Source: Nitrososphaera viennensis EN76 (lineage in GTDB: Archaea > Thermoproteota > Nitrososphaeria > Nitrososphaerales > Nitrososphaeraceae). From it: a stretch of 32,000 nucleotides of DNA. The stretch lies in the NCBI RefSeq assembly GCF_000698785.1, contig NZ_CP007536.1:240001-272000 (forward strand). Direction: 5' to 3'. The notes under the pieces were generated by a model. The model made no database searches, was not told where the DNA came from, and saw nothing but the letters and a program-made list of their open reading frames with translations. Every line of letters begins with the position of its first letter. The stretch's first letter is position 1. Shown one piece after another: positions 16,992 to 24,388 of this stretch. Made by a program: the position numbers and the translations under genes.

Positions 16992-17542
16992 TGTTTTTCT
17001 AGGCTCCTTTTCAGGTCGCGGACAGACCTCTTTAGCTCGTGTATGTCCTTGAGGATCTCGTCCATCTCTCCCCTCGTCGGCAGGTTGAGCGCCTTGAAGT
17101 TGCGCTCGGTTATGGTCTGCATGGCCCTTGACATGTCCAGCTGGCTACTGAACAGTTTGCCGTAGACCTGCGAAAACTCGGGCGACGCGTACAGGCCGGT
17201 GAATGCGTCCTCAAACGCCTCTATCATGGCCTTGCGGTAGCCGTCAAAGTCGTCCTTGGTCAAGAACTGCTTTGGTGCCCTTTCGGCCGTCTCTTTTGAC
17301 GCCTTGGTGTAGGCGGCGTTTATCATGGACCAGTACTGGTCCATGTGGGTCTTCATGTCAGCCATTATCTTGCCTAGGCTGACAAATTCGTTTGCGTACG
17401 TGTTAAAGTCCCTCGTAAATGCGTACATGGGGCCTATGGTCGGCAGCTTCAGCACCTCGGACCACATGTCAAACATCTTGCTTGCCTGGTCCGGGGTTAG
17501 CCCGGGCTTGAAGTTGTTATTTTTACTGTCATCAGTCGTCAT
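16988..17542 (-). CDS. phaE: PHA synthase PhaE subunit (short archaeal type)
   Basis: 185 aa from ATG 17542 (MTTDDSKNN). Coiled-coil-like C-terminus, translationally coupled to phaC (ATGA). The track's 85-codon upstream extension runs through AT-rich promoter-like DNA. Confidence 0.65.
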   Translation of the reverse strand: MTTDDSKNNNFKPGLTPDQASKMFDMWSEVLKLPTIGPMYAFTRDFNTYANEFVSLGKIMADMKTHMDQYWSMINAAYTKASKETAERAPKQFLTKDDFDGYRKAMIEAFEDAFTGLYASPEFSQVYGKLFSSQLDMSRAMQTITERNFKALNLPTRGEMDEILKDIHELKRSVRDLKRSLEKQ

Positions 17543-17936
17543 TATTAAATCACTTCTATTATTGACTAAGGTAGAGTTCACCCGCCAACTATTATAGTTT
17601 GTCTGTATGGGAATTATGCTATTATATGAAATGTTATGTAAAATCTTTACTATTAGGTACAGGTTTTGAGGCTTCTGCAATTGCAGAAAACGACCTCTTC
17701 CTGCTGAGGTGCAGATGTTTATTACGTCATGCGGCGTAAAGGATGGATAGTTGCAGAAACTGCCACAGGCGTGTATTTTCTTTATCATGTCTGGCATTTT
17801 GTTGCTATCTTTAGCATATCCTTTGCAAAAAAATAACGCGTAAGCCCACTACACATCGTCGCACGTAAAGGACCTGCCCGTAAGGATAGACAACGAGCAG
17901 TTCTCAAGCAACAGGGCAAGCACGGATGGCTTTATA

Positions 17937-18836
17937 GTGGTGACAGGCACGCTTGCAAGCCTCGCGACAGAGAGGATCGAGATGTCGCCGTACATCTTTG
18001 TGACTCTCTCGGAAGTGATTGATGCAAATGGCGTACGCCAAGAAGTGCCTCCATACTATGATCTCCTTGCTTTTATCTACCCTCCTTACCGCGACCAGTC
18101 AAGCTGGTACTTTAGGGTGGAACACCGCCTGCCCAGCTCGATAGTGCTTGAACCGGGCGAAAGAGTAGATTATGAAATCCGGATATATCCGCTCAAGGCA
18201 GGCGCATACCATGTTCACTCTTTCTTCCTGTCAGAGAACTTTCCGCGTCTTGGAATCGGCCAGACGATAATCGTGACAGGCTCTGGTGCGCCAACGACTG
18301 GGGAAATCACGCAGCTGTACCTGCCGCTTGCTCTGGGGCTGGCGTCATTTGCCATCCTGATGCTCAGGGTAATGCAGATTTCAAGGAAAACAAGTGCGCA
18401 TTTCACCAGAGAAAAGGTAGCCCGGGTATATTTTGCGGCCAAATCCTCGTTTGAAACCGTGTGGCTTGCCGGCGTCCTGTTCTGGCTTGCATCGGCCATG
18501 CCTTACCTTCCCGCGATTGAAGCAAGGTGCGCTTTTGTATTGTCTGCGTCCGCGGCGCTGGCAGCCATTATCGTAGCAGGTTATGCCTCTGCAATTATAA
18601 TGCCAAAAACCCGCCATCTGGCATTTGCAATGGCCACGTCAGCCATAACCGCTGCGTTCTACTTTGCGCTGCTGTTCGGCGAAGGCTCGCTGTATTCAAC
18701 CTACAAAGTGCCGCACTTTTTTGTGGACGGCTTGACATTATTTGCCGTCATGGTGGCAAACTCCCTCCTTGCGATTTATTTCGCAATTGCGGCACGGAAT
18801 GAGAGAAGAAAAAACAGACTGACAAGCGTCGCATAG
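17937..18836 (+). CDS. integral membrane protein with N-terminal soluble (beta-rich) domain
   Basis: About 120 aa of soluble region, then at least 5 hydrophobic helices (LYLPLALGLASFAILML, VWLAGVLFWLASAM, FVLSASAALAAIIVAGYASAII, AFAMATSAITAAFYFALLF, LTLFAVMVANSLLAIYFAIA). GTG start and no signal peptide, so the start is uncertain. Confidence 0.55.
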   Translation: MVTGTLASLATERIEMSPYIFVTLSEVIDANGVRQEVPPYYDLLAFIYPPYRDQSSWYFRVEHRLPSSIVLEPGERVDYEIRIYPLKAGAYHVHSFFLSENFPRLGIGQTIIVTGSGAPTTGEITQLYLPLALGLASFAILMLRVMQISRKTSAHFTREKVARVYFAAKSSFETVWLAGVLFWLASAMPYLPAIEARCAFVLSASAALAAIIVAGYASAIIMPKTRHLAFAMATSAITAAFYFALLFGEGSLYSTYKVPHFFVDGLTLFAVMVANSLLAIYFAIAARNERRKNRLTSVA

Positions 18837-18886
18837 CCGCACCTTAAAAAACATTTTATAAAGGAACTGCCCGCATTCCAAAACGC

Positions 18887-18978
18887 GGGCTCGTAGCTCA
18901 GCATGGATAGAGCGCCTGCCTTCTAAACGTCCTGTTGAAGACAGCCGGAAGTCGTGGGATCGAAGCCCACCGGGCCCG
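18887..18978 (+). tRNA. tRNA-Arg(TCT) with a 17-nt anticodon-loop intron; integration target
   Basis: Acceptor GGGCTCG/CGGGCCC (one T-G pair), D-arm GCTC-AGCATGGATA-GAGC, anticodon stem CCTGC with loop CTTCTA.A (anticodon TCT), ~17-nt insert containing hairpin CTGT-TGAAG-ACAG, 3' stem GCCGG (one T-C mismatch), variable AAGTC, T-arm GTGGG-ATCGAAG-CCCAC. 92 - 17 = 75 nt. Confidence 0.7.
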
Positions 18979-18981
18979 CTT
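18970..18981 (+). repeat. attL core (CCGGGCCCGCTT)
   Basis: Exact 12-mer shared with 24389-24400. It covers the last T-stem base, the 3' acceptor strand, the discriminator and 3 nt downstream of tRNA-Arg. Confidence 0.6.
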
Positions 18982-19081
18982 TTTCCACTTATCGAGTCCA
19001 TGCCTTAAAAGCGCAGAAAATACGAAATTAGCGGAGGGAAAACAGGGAAACAAGAGCTGCAAGAAAAGAAGCAAGGATCTT

Positions 19082-20041
19082 TTGAAGGACGACGATGTAA
19101 GGAGATGGTACGAAAACCTGTGCCGCAGCAGCAAGCTGAACGCAGATGTATATCTGCGCAGGCTGAGGCTCTTTTGCGAGCAAAGGCACACGACACCAAG
19201 CAAGCTCGTCACCATCGGTACCGCCAACCCAAAGCAGGTCGAAGACATGCTGCATGACCACGTTCAGCAGCTGGAGACTGAAGGTTACGCGCCATCCTAC
19301 ATCAAGGGTGTCCTAAAAGCAGCCAAGTCGTGGCTTTCGTACAACTATGTCGAGCTGAAACGCAAGATAAAGGTGGCAAACGCAGATATGGCAATCACCT
19401 TGCAGGACGAAAGGGTGCCTACAAGGGAAGAGCTGAAAGCCGTACTGAATCATGCTTCGGTAAGAGCAAGGGCAAGTGCAGGCCTGATCGCATTTGCCGG
19501 ATTGAGGCCGCAGGTTCTGGGAAACGCTTCTGCTTCCGACGGGCTGACTGTTGGAGATATACCCGACCTGAAGATAGTCGACGGAAAAGCTGTGTTCCAG
19601 ACAGTGCCGGCGATGGTCATCGTAAGGTCAACATTGAGCAAGGCGCGTCACCGGTACTTTACGTTCCTTACAAGCGAAGGGTGTGAATATCTGGCTGCAT
19701 ACCTTGACAAGAGAATTGCCAGCGGTGAGACCATCAACGAAAGTTCAGCTGTGATGACCTTGAGCCAAGGCTACCTGATGAAAGGGAGGAACAAAGACGC
19801 TGGCAAGAAGTTCATCACCACACCTGCAATCACAAAAGAGATCAGAGAAGCCATGCTGCCAGTAATCAAGGCTAGGCCGTATGTCCTGAGGGCATACTTT
19901 GACACACAACTGTTGTTAGCTGAAAGCCAGGGCAAGATTGCACACGCGTACAGACAGTTCTTCATGGGCCACAAGGGAGACATCGAAGCCCGGTACACTA
20001 CGAACAGGGAAGGCTGCCTGACGAGCTTTTATCAGACATGA
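19082..20041 (+). CDS. tyrosine recombinase/integrase (catalytic core)
   Basis: AGLRPQVL (Arg I), SKARHRYFTF, PYVLRAYF (box with Arg II), FMGHKGDIEARY (His/Tyr nucleophile). The track ORF starts at 18935 inside the tRNA. TTG 19082 is the first canonical start downstream of the tRNA (MKDDDVRRWYENL). The 3' end appears frameshifted (see findings). Confidence 0.8.
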   Translation: MKDDDVRRWYENLCRSSKLNADVYLRRLRLFCEQRHTTPSKLVTIGTANPKQVEDMLHDHVQQLETEGYAPSYIKGVLKAAKSWLSYNYVELKRKIKVANADMAITLQDERVPTREELKAVLNHASVRARASAGLIAFAGLRPQVLGNASASDGLTVGDIPDLKIVDGKAVFQTVPAMVIVRSTLSKARHRYFTFLTSEGCEYLAAYLDKRIASGETINESSAVMTLSQGYLMKGRNKDAGKKFITTPAITKEIREAMLPVIKARPYVLRAYFDTQLLLAESQGKIAHAYRQFFMGHKGDIEARYTTNREGCLTSFYQT

Positions 20042-20421
20042 GAAGAGCCTTCCGAGAATCAGAACGATTCCTGAGTACGGCCACAGCGGAGGTCCAAGAA
20101 CAAGACAGAAAGGAAATACTGCTTGAAATGTGGAGGGAGCAGGCCAAGCTGTACGGCATCGACCCGATGAAGATAAAGATAGAAAAGCAAAGAGAAGACA
20201 GCAAGCCTCTTGGCATCGAAGATGAAATGCTTGCGATAAAGGACGCGATTGCAAGGGCAAGGGAGCTGGATGAAGAAGAAAAGTACAAGAGCAGGATCTT
20301 GGCAGACGAAGAAGAGCTTGTCTCCTATGTCCAAGATGGATGGGACATCGTAAAGGAGCTGAAGAGCGGCAAAGTTCTTGTCAGGAGGAAGAAGGTTTAC
20401 TGTCATCCACTAGCAGTTTAA
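20038..20421 (+). CDS. ORF that probably continues the integrase in a shifted frame (C-terminal tail/extension)
   Basis: The frame stays open upstream of its ATG and reads ..EQGRLPDELLSDMRRAFRESERFL. This is the type of segment that normally follows the catalytic Tyr of such integrases. It overlaps the integrase stop by 4 nt. Confidence 0.5.
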   Translation: MRRAFRESERFLSTATAEVQEQDRKEILLEMWREQAKLYGIDPMKIKIEKQREDSKPLGIEDEMLAIKDAIARARELDEEEKYKSRILADEEELVSYVQDGWDIVKELKSGKVLVRRKKVYCHPLAV

Positions 20422-20739
20422 GCGCGTCTCTACCGCCTCTTCCTTCTTTTTGTATGCATCTTCGGATATCTCTGACAAGAGTACGTTGACCAGTTTCAGA
20501 TAAGGTTGGATGGCGCTGCTTACAATCAAGTCGACAAATTCATGCCGCAGGGTCTGTAGCGCTTCCTCGACATCTAACGAATAGAGAATGGTGTCGCCAA
20601 CAACCTTTCCTTCATTCTCTGAATCTGATTTGGGAGACCAGACAACCTTAAACTCGGTCTTTATTCCTGCCCTATCTTTTAGCCTTTCCAGCTCTTTTTC
20701 AAGGATGAAGGAGCCGTTTTGTTCAAGTCTTGGATTCAT
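20410..20739 (-). CDS. hypothetical protein
   Basis: 109 aa from ATG 20739 (MNPRLEQNGSF...). Charged, protein-like composition, no recognised motif. Convergent with the integrase region. Confidence 0.45.
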   Translation of the reverse strand: MNPRLEQNGSFILEKELERLKDRAGIKTEFKVVWSPKSDSENEGKVVGDTILYSLDVEEALQTLRHEFVDLIVSSAIQPYLKLVNVLLSEISEDAYKKKEEAVETRLNC

Positions 20740-20813
20740 TGCCAAGTGATAAGTCAAATGTATAAAAGCCGTGAAACAGCTGAAACTTGGTGCAAGCCGG
20801 GAGCATGGTTTTT

Positions 20814-20854
20814 CGCCTTAAATATTTTGGATGCATATTATAGCGTAGCGTAAA
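20814..20854 (+). repeat. 41-nt module R, copy 1 (contains TATA-like CTTAAATATTT)
   Basis: CGCCTTAAATATTTTGGATGCATATTATAGCGTAGCGTAAA matches copy 2 at 33 of 41 positions (hand alignment, no gaps). Confidence 0.75.
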
Positions 20855-20947
20855 TCATGGCAAAAAGCCTGCCAGGGACAGGGGGATCGTAGTAGCACCG
20901 GCCTCGAATTATGATTTGCTTGGAAAAATGCAGTTTTGTTGCGTGAT

Positions 20948-20968
20948 GCATCAAAGAACCTAAATACA
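20948..20968 (+). promoter_or_regulatory. 21-nt module S, copy 1: BRE/TATA-like GCATCAAAGAACCTAAATACA
   Basis: 20/21 identical to 21208-21228. A purine-rich tract is followed by a TAAATA box, as in archaeal promoters. Confidence 0.4.
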
Positions 20969-21031
20969 AGCTACGTAGGCAGCATAAGACAATCGTCGAC
21001 TATTCTGCTGCAAAAATCGGGCGTCGATTTC

Positions 21032-21072
21032 CGCCTTAAATATTTACGATGTGTATTATGGTGTAGTATAAA
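21032..21072 (+). repeat. 41-nt module R, copy 2
   Basis: CGCCTTAAATATTTACGATGTGTATTATGGTGTAGTATAAA, 33/41 identical to 20814-20854. Confidence 0.75.
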
Positions 21073-21115
21073 CTAAGAACCGAACGACTGTTGTCCGTCA
21101 GGACAAAAACCTTGT

Positions 21116-21388
21116 TGGTACCAGTGGTACCAGAAGAACGCGGTGCCGTAGCACTAACCTATTTTGAAATATCCTTTCTCTAAAGCAGTGTGGTCTTGGT
21201 GCCCCGGGCATCAAAGAACTTAAATACATGATATATAAGGAACGGCTAAACCAATGGCATCAGTGGTGCCACTCCTGCAGGCGGGTGTCAAATTTTGATA
21301 CCAGAGCGTGAATATGTGGTACCAGTGGTACCACTGGTACCAACTTTCAACAGGATGGACACTCTGCCTGGTACCAGCGATGGCACCA
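21116..21388. repeat. cluster of at least 10 copies of the palindromic 8-mer TGGTACCA (iteron-like)
   Basis: Perfect copies at 21116, 21125, 21317, 21326, 21335 and 21369 (start positions). One- or two-mismatch copies are TGGCATCA 21255, TGGTGCCA 21264, TGATACCA 21296 and TGGCACCA 21381. Adjacent copies are mostly spaced 9 nt apart. I saw no perfect copy elsewhere in the window. Confidence 0.9.
21208..21228 (+). promoter_or_regulatory. 21-nt module S, copy 2: GCATCAAAGAACTTAAATACA
   Basis: 20/21 identical to 20948-20968. BRE/TATA-like. Confidence 0.4.
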
Positions 21389-22016
21389 GACAGGATCGAG
21401 TGATACGCCGATGCATAGCCTGCCAACGGTGGGAAATAACATGAAGAACAACGGTCGTGGCCACGACTTGATACGCCTGACAATGCACGATCCGTAGGAT
21501 GCGCTACCAGACCGGTTAATCCCTAGCTCGGCAGAATGATCGGAAGAATATTTGCCGTCGCAGAGCACTGTTCTTGCGCTTTCAGACGCTGCTCTAGTTC
21601 TGCGGCTGAATGCAGAGATATTGAATATGTACCTACAATGCAAAATGATATTGCTGCTGGTGCCAGACATTCTCCCCGCATTATCCATTTTCATGTCAAG
21701 TTTTCTTTTACCTTATCATACATCTTATATCTGTCCAACTACGTTGTATGCTAAGATTCTACCGTTTGCTTACGATTGATATTTGCCCTAACTCTGTAAC
21801 TTCGCTCCCCTATTTTCTATCTGCAATCCGTTCTTTGCGTTGTGCATGGTAATAATCCATGTCCAATTTTCTATTCACACAATTCTCGATGGTACTGTTC
21901 CACATCTGTTAGCTACTACAATATATCATAGCTATTTTGGAAGAATCCTTTGATTCCTTGACTGCCCTTCTATTATTCCGTATGCTCTGGATAGCAGCAT
22001 TGCTAGCAAAAAATAA

Positions 22017-22265
22017 TCATACTCCAAGAATCTTCTTGATCTCTTCGATCATGCGCGGATTGAGCGACACCTGCATACCGTAGCTTGTAGGCTTTGGCAG
22101 GATGAACCCTATCTTTATCAGCTTGTGAACTTCGTCTTCAACTTCGCCGCGCATGTGCTTTGGAAATCCTTTCTTGAGGTTTTCAATGGCGGTGTGCTTG
22201 CCGCCTATGATGGTGTCTTTGAGCATTCTCTCCAGTACCGTCTTCTGGACGGGATTCACGGCCAT
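22017..22265 (-). CDS. small wHTH-like DNA-binding protein
   Basis: 82 aa from ATG 22265 (MAVNPVQKTVLERML...). The C-terminal HKLIKIGFILPKPTSYGMQVSLNP looks like a recognition helix plus wing. Divergent from the next wHTH gene. Confidence 0.45.
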   Translation of the reverse strand: MAVNPVQKTVLERMLKDTIIGGKHTAIENLKKGFPKHMRGEVEDEVHKLIKIGFILPKPTSYGMQVSLNPRMIEEIKKILGV

Positions 22266-22353
22266 AGTTACAAGCACTGATTTATATAATAATCATGACA
22301 TACATGACGTAAGGTAACGACATATTATATAGCGGCCATCGCATAGCTATGGC
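22266..22353. promoter_or_regulatory. divergent promoter region of the two element-borne wHTH genes
   Basis: Opposed TATA-like boxes TTTATATAATAA and ATATTATATAG, direct repeat CATGACA-TA-CATGACG, and a 10-bp palindrome CATAGCTATG abutting the 22354 start. Confidence 0.4.
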
Positions 22354-22719
22354 ATGGCAAGAAAGAAAGAGTTGGAAAAGGCGTTAGAATCAGGCCCGCT
22401 TGAGCGCCTGTTTGCCGGAAACGCCACGGCAAAGATTTTGGACTTTCTGTCGACATTTAGAGAGTTCGACTATTCAGAATCAGATATCGCAAGGTATTCC
22501 GGCGTTTCCATAAGGCATGCGCAGCGAGAGCTTCCCAAGCTGGAACGGCTGAAGCTGATAAAGATGACGAGGATATCCGGTAAATCCAAGATGTACAGGA
22601 TGGACGCAGAGTCGCAGACAGGCATGACGGCAAGCAAGTTTGGACTTGCATTGGCCAGCATTGAAGTGGACAGCGTACTGGCTAAGGAGAAGCAGAAAGA
22701 AAAGCCGCTGACAGCCTAG
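22354..22719 (+). CDS. winged helix-turn-helix transcriptional regulator
   Basis: AKILDFLSTFREFDYSESDIARYSGVSIRHAQRELPKLERLKLIKMTRISGKSKMYRM. It has the same layout as the chromosomal regulator at 6754..7080. Confidence 0.6.
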   Translation: MARKKELEKALESGPLERLFAGNATAKILDFLSTFREFDYSESDIARYSGVSIRHAQRELPKLERLKLIKMTRISGKSKMYRMDAESQTGMTASKFGLALASIEVDSVLAKEKQKEKPLTA

Positions 22720-22726
22720 GCTTTTC

Positions 22727-22747
22727 AATCTCCACTACTTGGAGATT
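22727..22747 (+). terminator. stem-loop after the wHTH gene
   Basis: AATCTCCA-CTACT-TGGAGATT (8-bp stem) starts 8 nt after TAG 22717-22719. Confidence 0.4.
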
Positions 22748-22909
22748 TCAACTTTAACTTCGACCCGCAAGCAGCGTCGACGGGGCGGGGCCCTCTGAGA
22801 CAGACAGGACAGGCGGCAGGCCAGGGACTCGCGACGTCAAGACTCGCCAAGTCACGCCACATCTAGAGCGTGCAATCCTTCTGGCCGAGTTAAACCAGCT
22901 TGAATGGAT

Positions 22910-22932
22910 GAGAGGCTCCGGCCTCTCTTTTT
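22910..22932 (+). terminator. intrinsic-terminator-like hairpin plus T5
   Basis: GAGAGGC-TCCG-GCCTCTC followed directly by TTTTT. Confidence 0.5.
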
Positions 22933-23056
22933 ATAATACATATCGACAGCATGTCTATATCCCAACTGTCTGCCTCGCCCTCCCGCTTGGAGGGCTCGGC
23001 CACGGTTGGCTTTAAACCCTCAGAGAGAGATATCCCAAAGAAAGAGTGATAGTACC

Positions 23057-23617
23057 TCATACCACTTCAAGTTCTGCAACTTTGACAGGTTTGGTAAGAG
23101 CGAAGTCCGTATTTTGCACGTCCTTGGGCTTGAATACATAGATGAACATCGTGTATTTTCCGACAGTGTCCGGATGCCACATTGAATCGATGCTATATTG
23201 TGTACTTCCTGCAATCGTTGCATTATTCATGACATTTACCACTTCATTCCCATCCCCATCTCTTACCTGAAGCACCACTACATTCTCCACATTCTTTTCA
23301 GAAGGATTGGTGAAGACTGCGTGTAGTGTGATTGGCTGTCCATTTTTTATTTGCAGACTCTGTTCGATTGTGCCTATCTTCTCTCCGTTTTCATTTTTTG
23401 CAGTCACTTCAGATAATGCCAGTAGGGGAGATGTAGCATTATTGGTGGCAGCACCGTTGTTGTTTCCCTCGACATTGTTATCGCTTCCGTTAAAACCGGA
23501 AGATTTTTGGTCTGATAATGTTCCGTACGCCAGGTATGCTGATAACGCACCTAATGCTATTATGACGCCTACCAAGATTACGATTACTTTTTTGCCGGAT
23601 TTTGAATGTTGTTCCAT
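23057..23617 (-). CDS. N-terminally membrane-anchored extracellular protein with CARDB-like beta-sandwich domain
   Basis: MEQHSKSGKK plus hydrophobic VIVILVGVIIALGALSAYLAY, an N/S/G-rich linker, then ITLHAVFTNPSEKNVENVVVLQVRD...GSTQYSIDSMWHPDTVGKYTMFIYVF. This parallels the C-terminal domain of the 12849..15587 protein (VSISATFKNYQNKPQNYVYITQVEK...GQTETVSRSWTTPVEPGNYAIKLFVW). Confidence 0.6.
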   Translation of the reverse strand: MEQHSKSGKKVIVILVGVIIALGALSAYLAYGTLSDQKSSGFNGSDNNVEGNNNGAATNNATSPLLALSEVTAKNENGEKIGTIEQSLQIKNGQPITLHAVFTNPSEKNVENVVVLQVRDGDGNEVVNVMNNATIAGSTQYSIDSMWHPDTVGKYTMFIYVFKPKDVQNTDFALTKPVKVAELEVV

Positions 23618-23689
23618 GGATGTTCCCTAATATAGAAACAGAATAAACAAATGAACAATAAAAAAATTATGGAGGTTGCTACTACTGCC

Positions 23690-24334
23690 TCACCAAATCT
23701 GAGCTCCGTTGCTTTTAGTAGCACCGTTATACCCTATCTGGAAGTTGCCCGGTGTTCCGAGGTAAGTAACCCCATAGCTTGCATTGTTTGTTCCAACACA
23801 ATTCTTGTTAACATATGCATCATCCCAGTTGCTAAATGTGACTCCGTCACCTGCAACACGTGTAGCTTTCAAGAGAGTCTGCACTGTTACCAAGCCTAAG
23901 GTCTGAGTATTTGAGTTGGGTCCAAACCCGTTGCTTTCTGCGAAAATAAATGTGTCACTTGCCACGCTGACAGAACTAGAACCTATAGCCATTGTTTGGA
24001 GCTGACCTGTATTTTTGTCGTTGAACCACGCTTCCCATCTGCTTGCACTGCTAATGTATATCAGAGAAATCTCTACTTGATGTCCCGCCACCGGAGTTAT
24101 GCTTGAAACACCTAGTATCTGCCCTCCTTTTCCCCATGCAAACTGAAAGACATTGGGATTATAGCCCGACCCACCTCCTGAAGTAAACGATCCGTAATAC
24201 ATTCCTGCCTCATAGTAATTGGCATCGTTTCCTACAAAGGCCACATGGATGTTGACGCCATTTGATGAATTGCCACTGCTCTGTATTGTTGAGATTGTTG
24301 AGTATATAATCCGCCTGCACAACACCGCAAGCAT
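23690..24334 (-). CDS. hypothetical beta-rich protein, possibly concanavalin-like/peptidase-G1-like fold
   Basis: Start set at ATG 24334 (MLAVL...), because the longer track ORF would cross the attR repeat. The motif order VAFVGND..YYEAG, FQFAWGKGG, NDKNTGQ, FIFAESNGF loosely parallels G1 (eqolisin) family blocks. Function call is weak. Confidence 0.4.
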   Translation of the reverse strand: MLAVLCRRIIYSTISTIQSSGNSSNGVNIHVAFVGNDANYYEAGMYYGSFTSGGGSGYNPNVFQFAWGKGGQILGVSSITPVAGHQVEISLIYISSASRWEAWFNDKNTGQLQTMAIGSSSVSVASDTFIFAESNGFGPNSNTQTLGLVTVQTLLKATRVAGDGVTFSNWDDAYVNKNCVGTNNASYGVTYLGTPGNFQIGYNGATKSNGAQIW

Positions 24335-24388
24335 GTCCGAAATCAACCGTTTGAGTTCGGACTCGATATCTGGAGAATCAGGGAACCG

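Noticed and set aside
17543-17797. 85-codon N-terminal extension of the PhaE ORF
   Set aside because: It runs through AT-rich promoter-like DNA with implausible sequence (..NYPSFTPHDVINICTSAGRGRF..). The ATG at 17542 gives a PhaE of typical short archaeal size.
21220-21779. Several 66-115-aa ORFs on both strands in the element's non-coding core (for example, WYQWYHWYH-containing translations)
   Set aside because: They are produced by translating the TGGTACCA array and neighbouring DNA. They overlap each other in multiple frames and have no protein-like features.
22717-22866. The frame stays open for 48 codons beyond the TAG stop of the wHTH gene; stop-codon read-through or Pyl-type recoding considered
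   Set aside because: The extension is low-complexity (..STGRGPLRQTGQAAGQGLATS..), there is no supporting signal, and an open frame of this length is not unusual in G+C-rich DNA.
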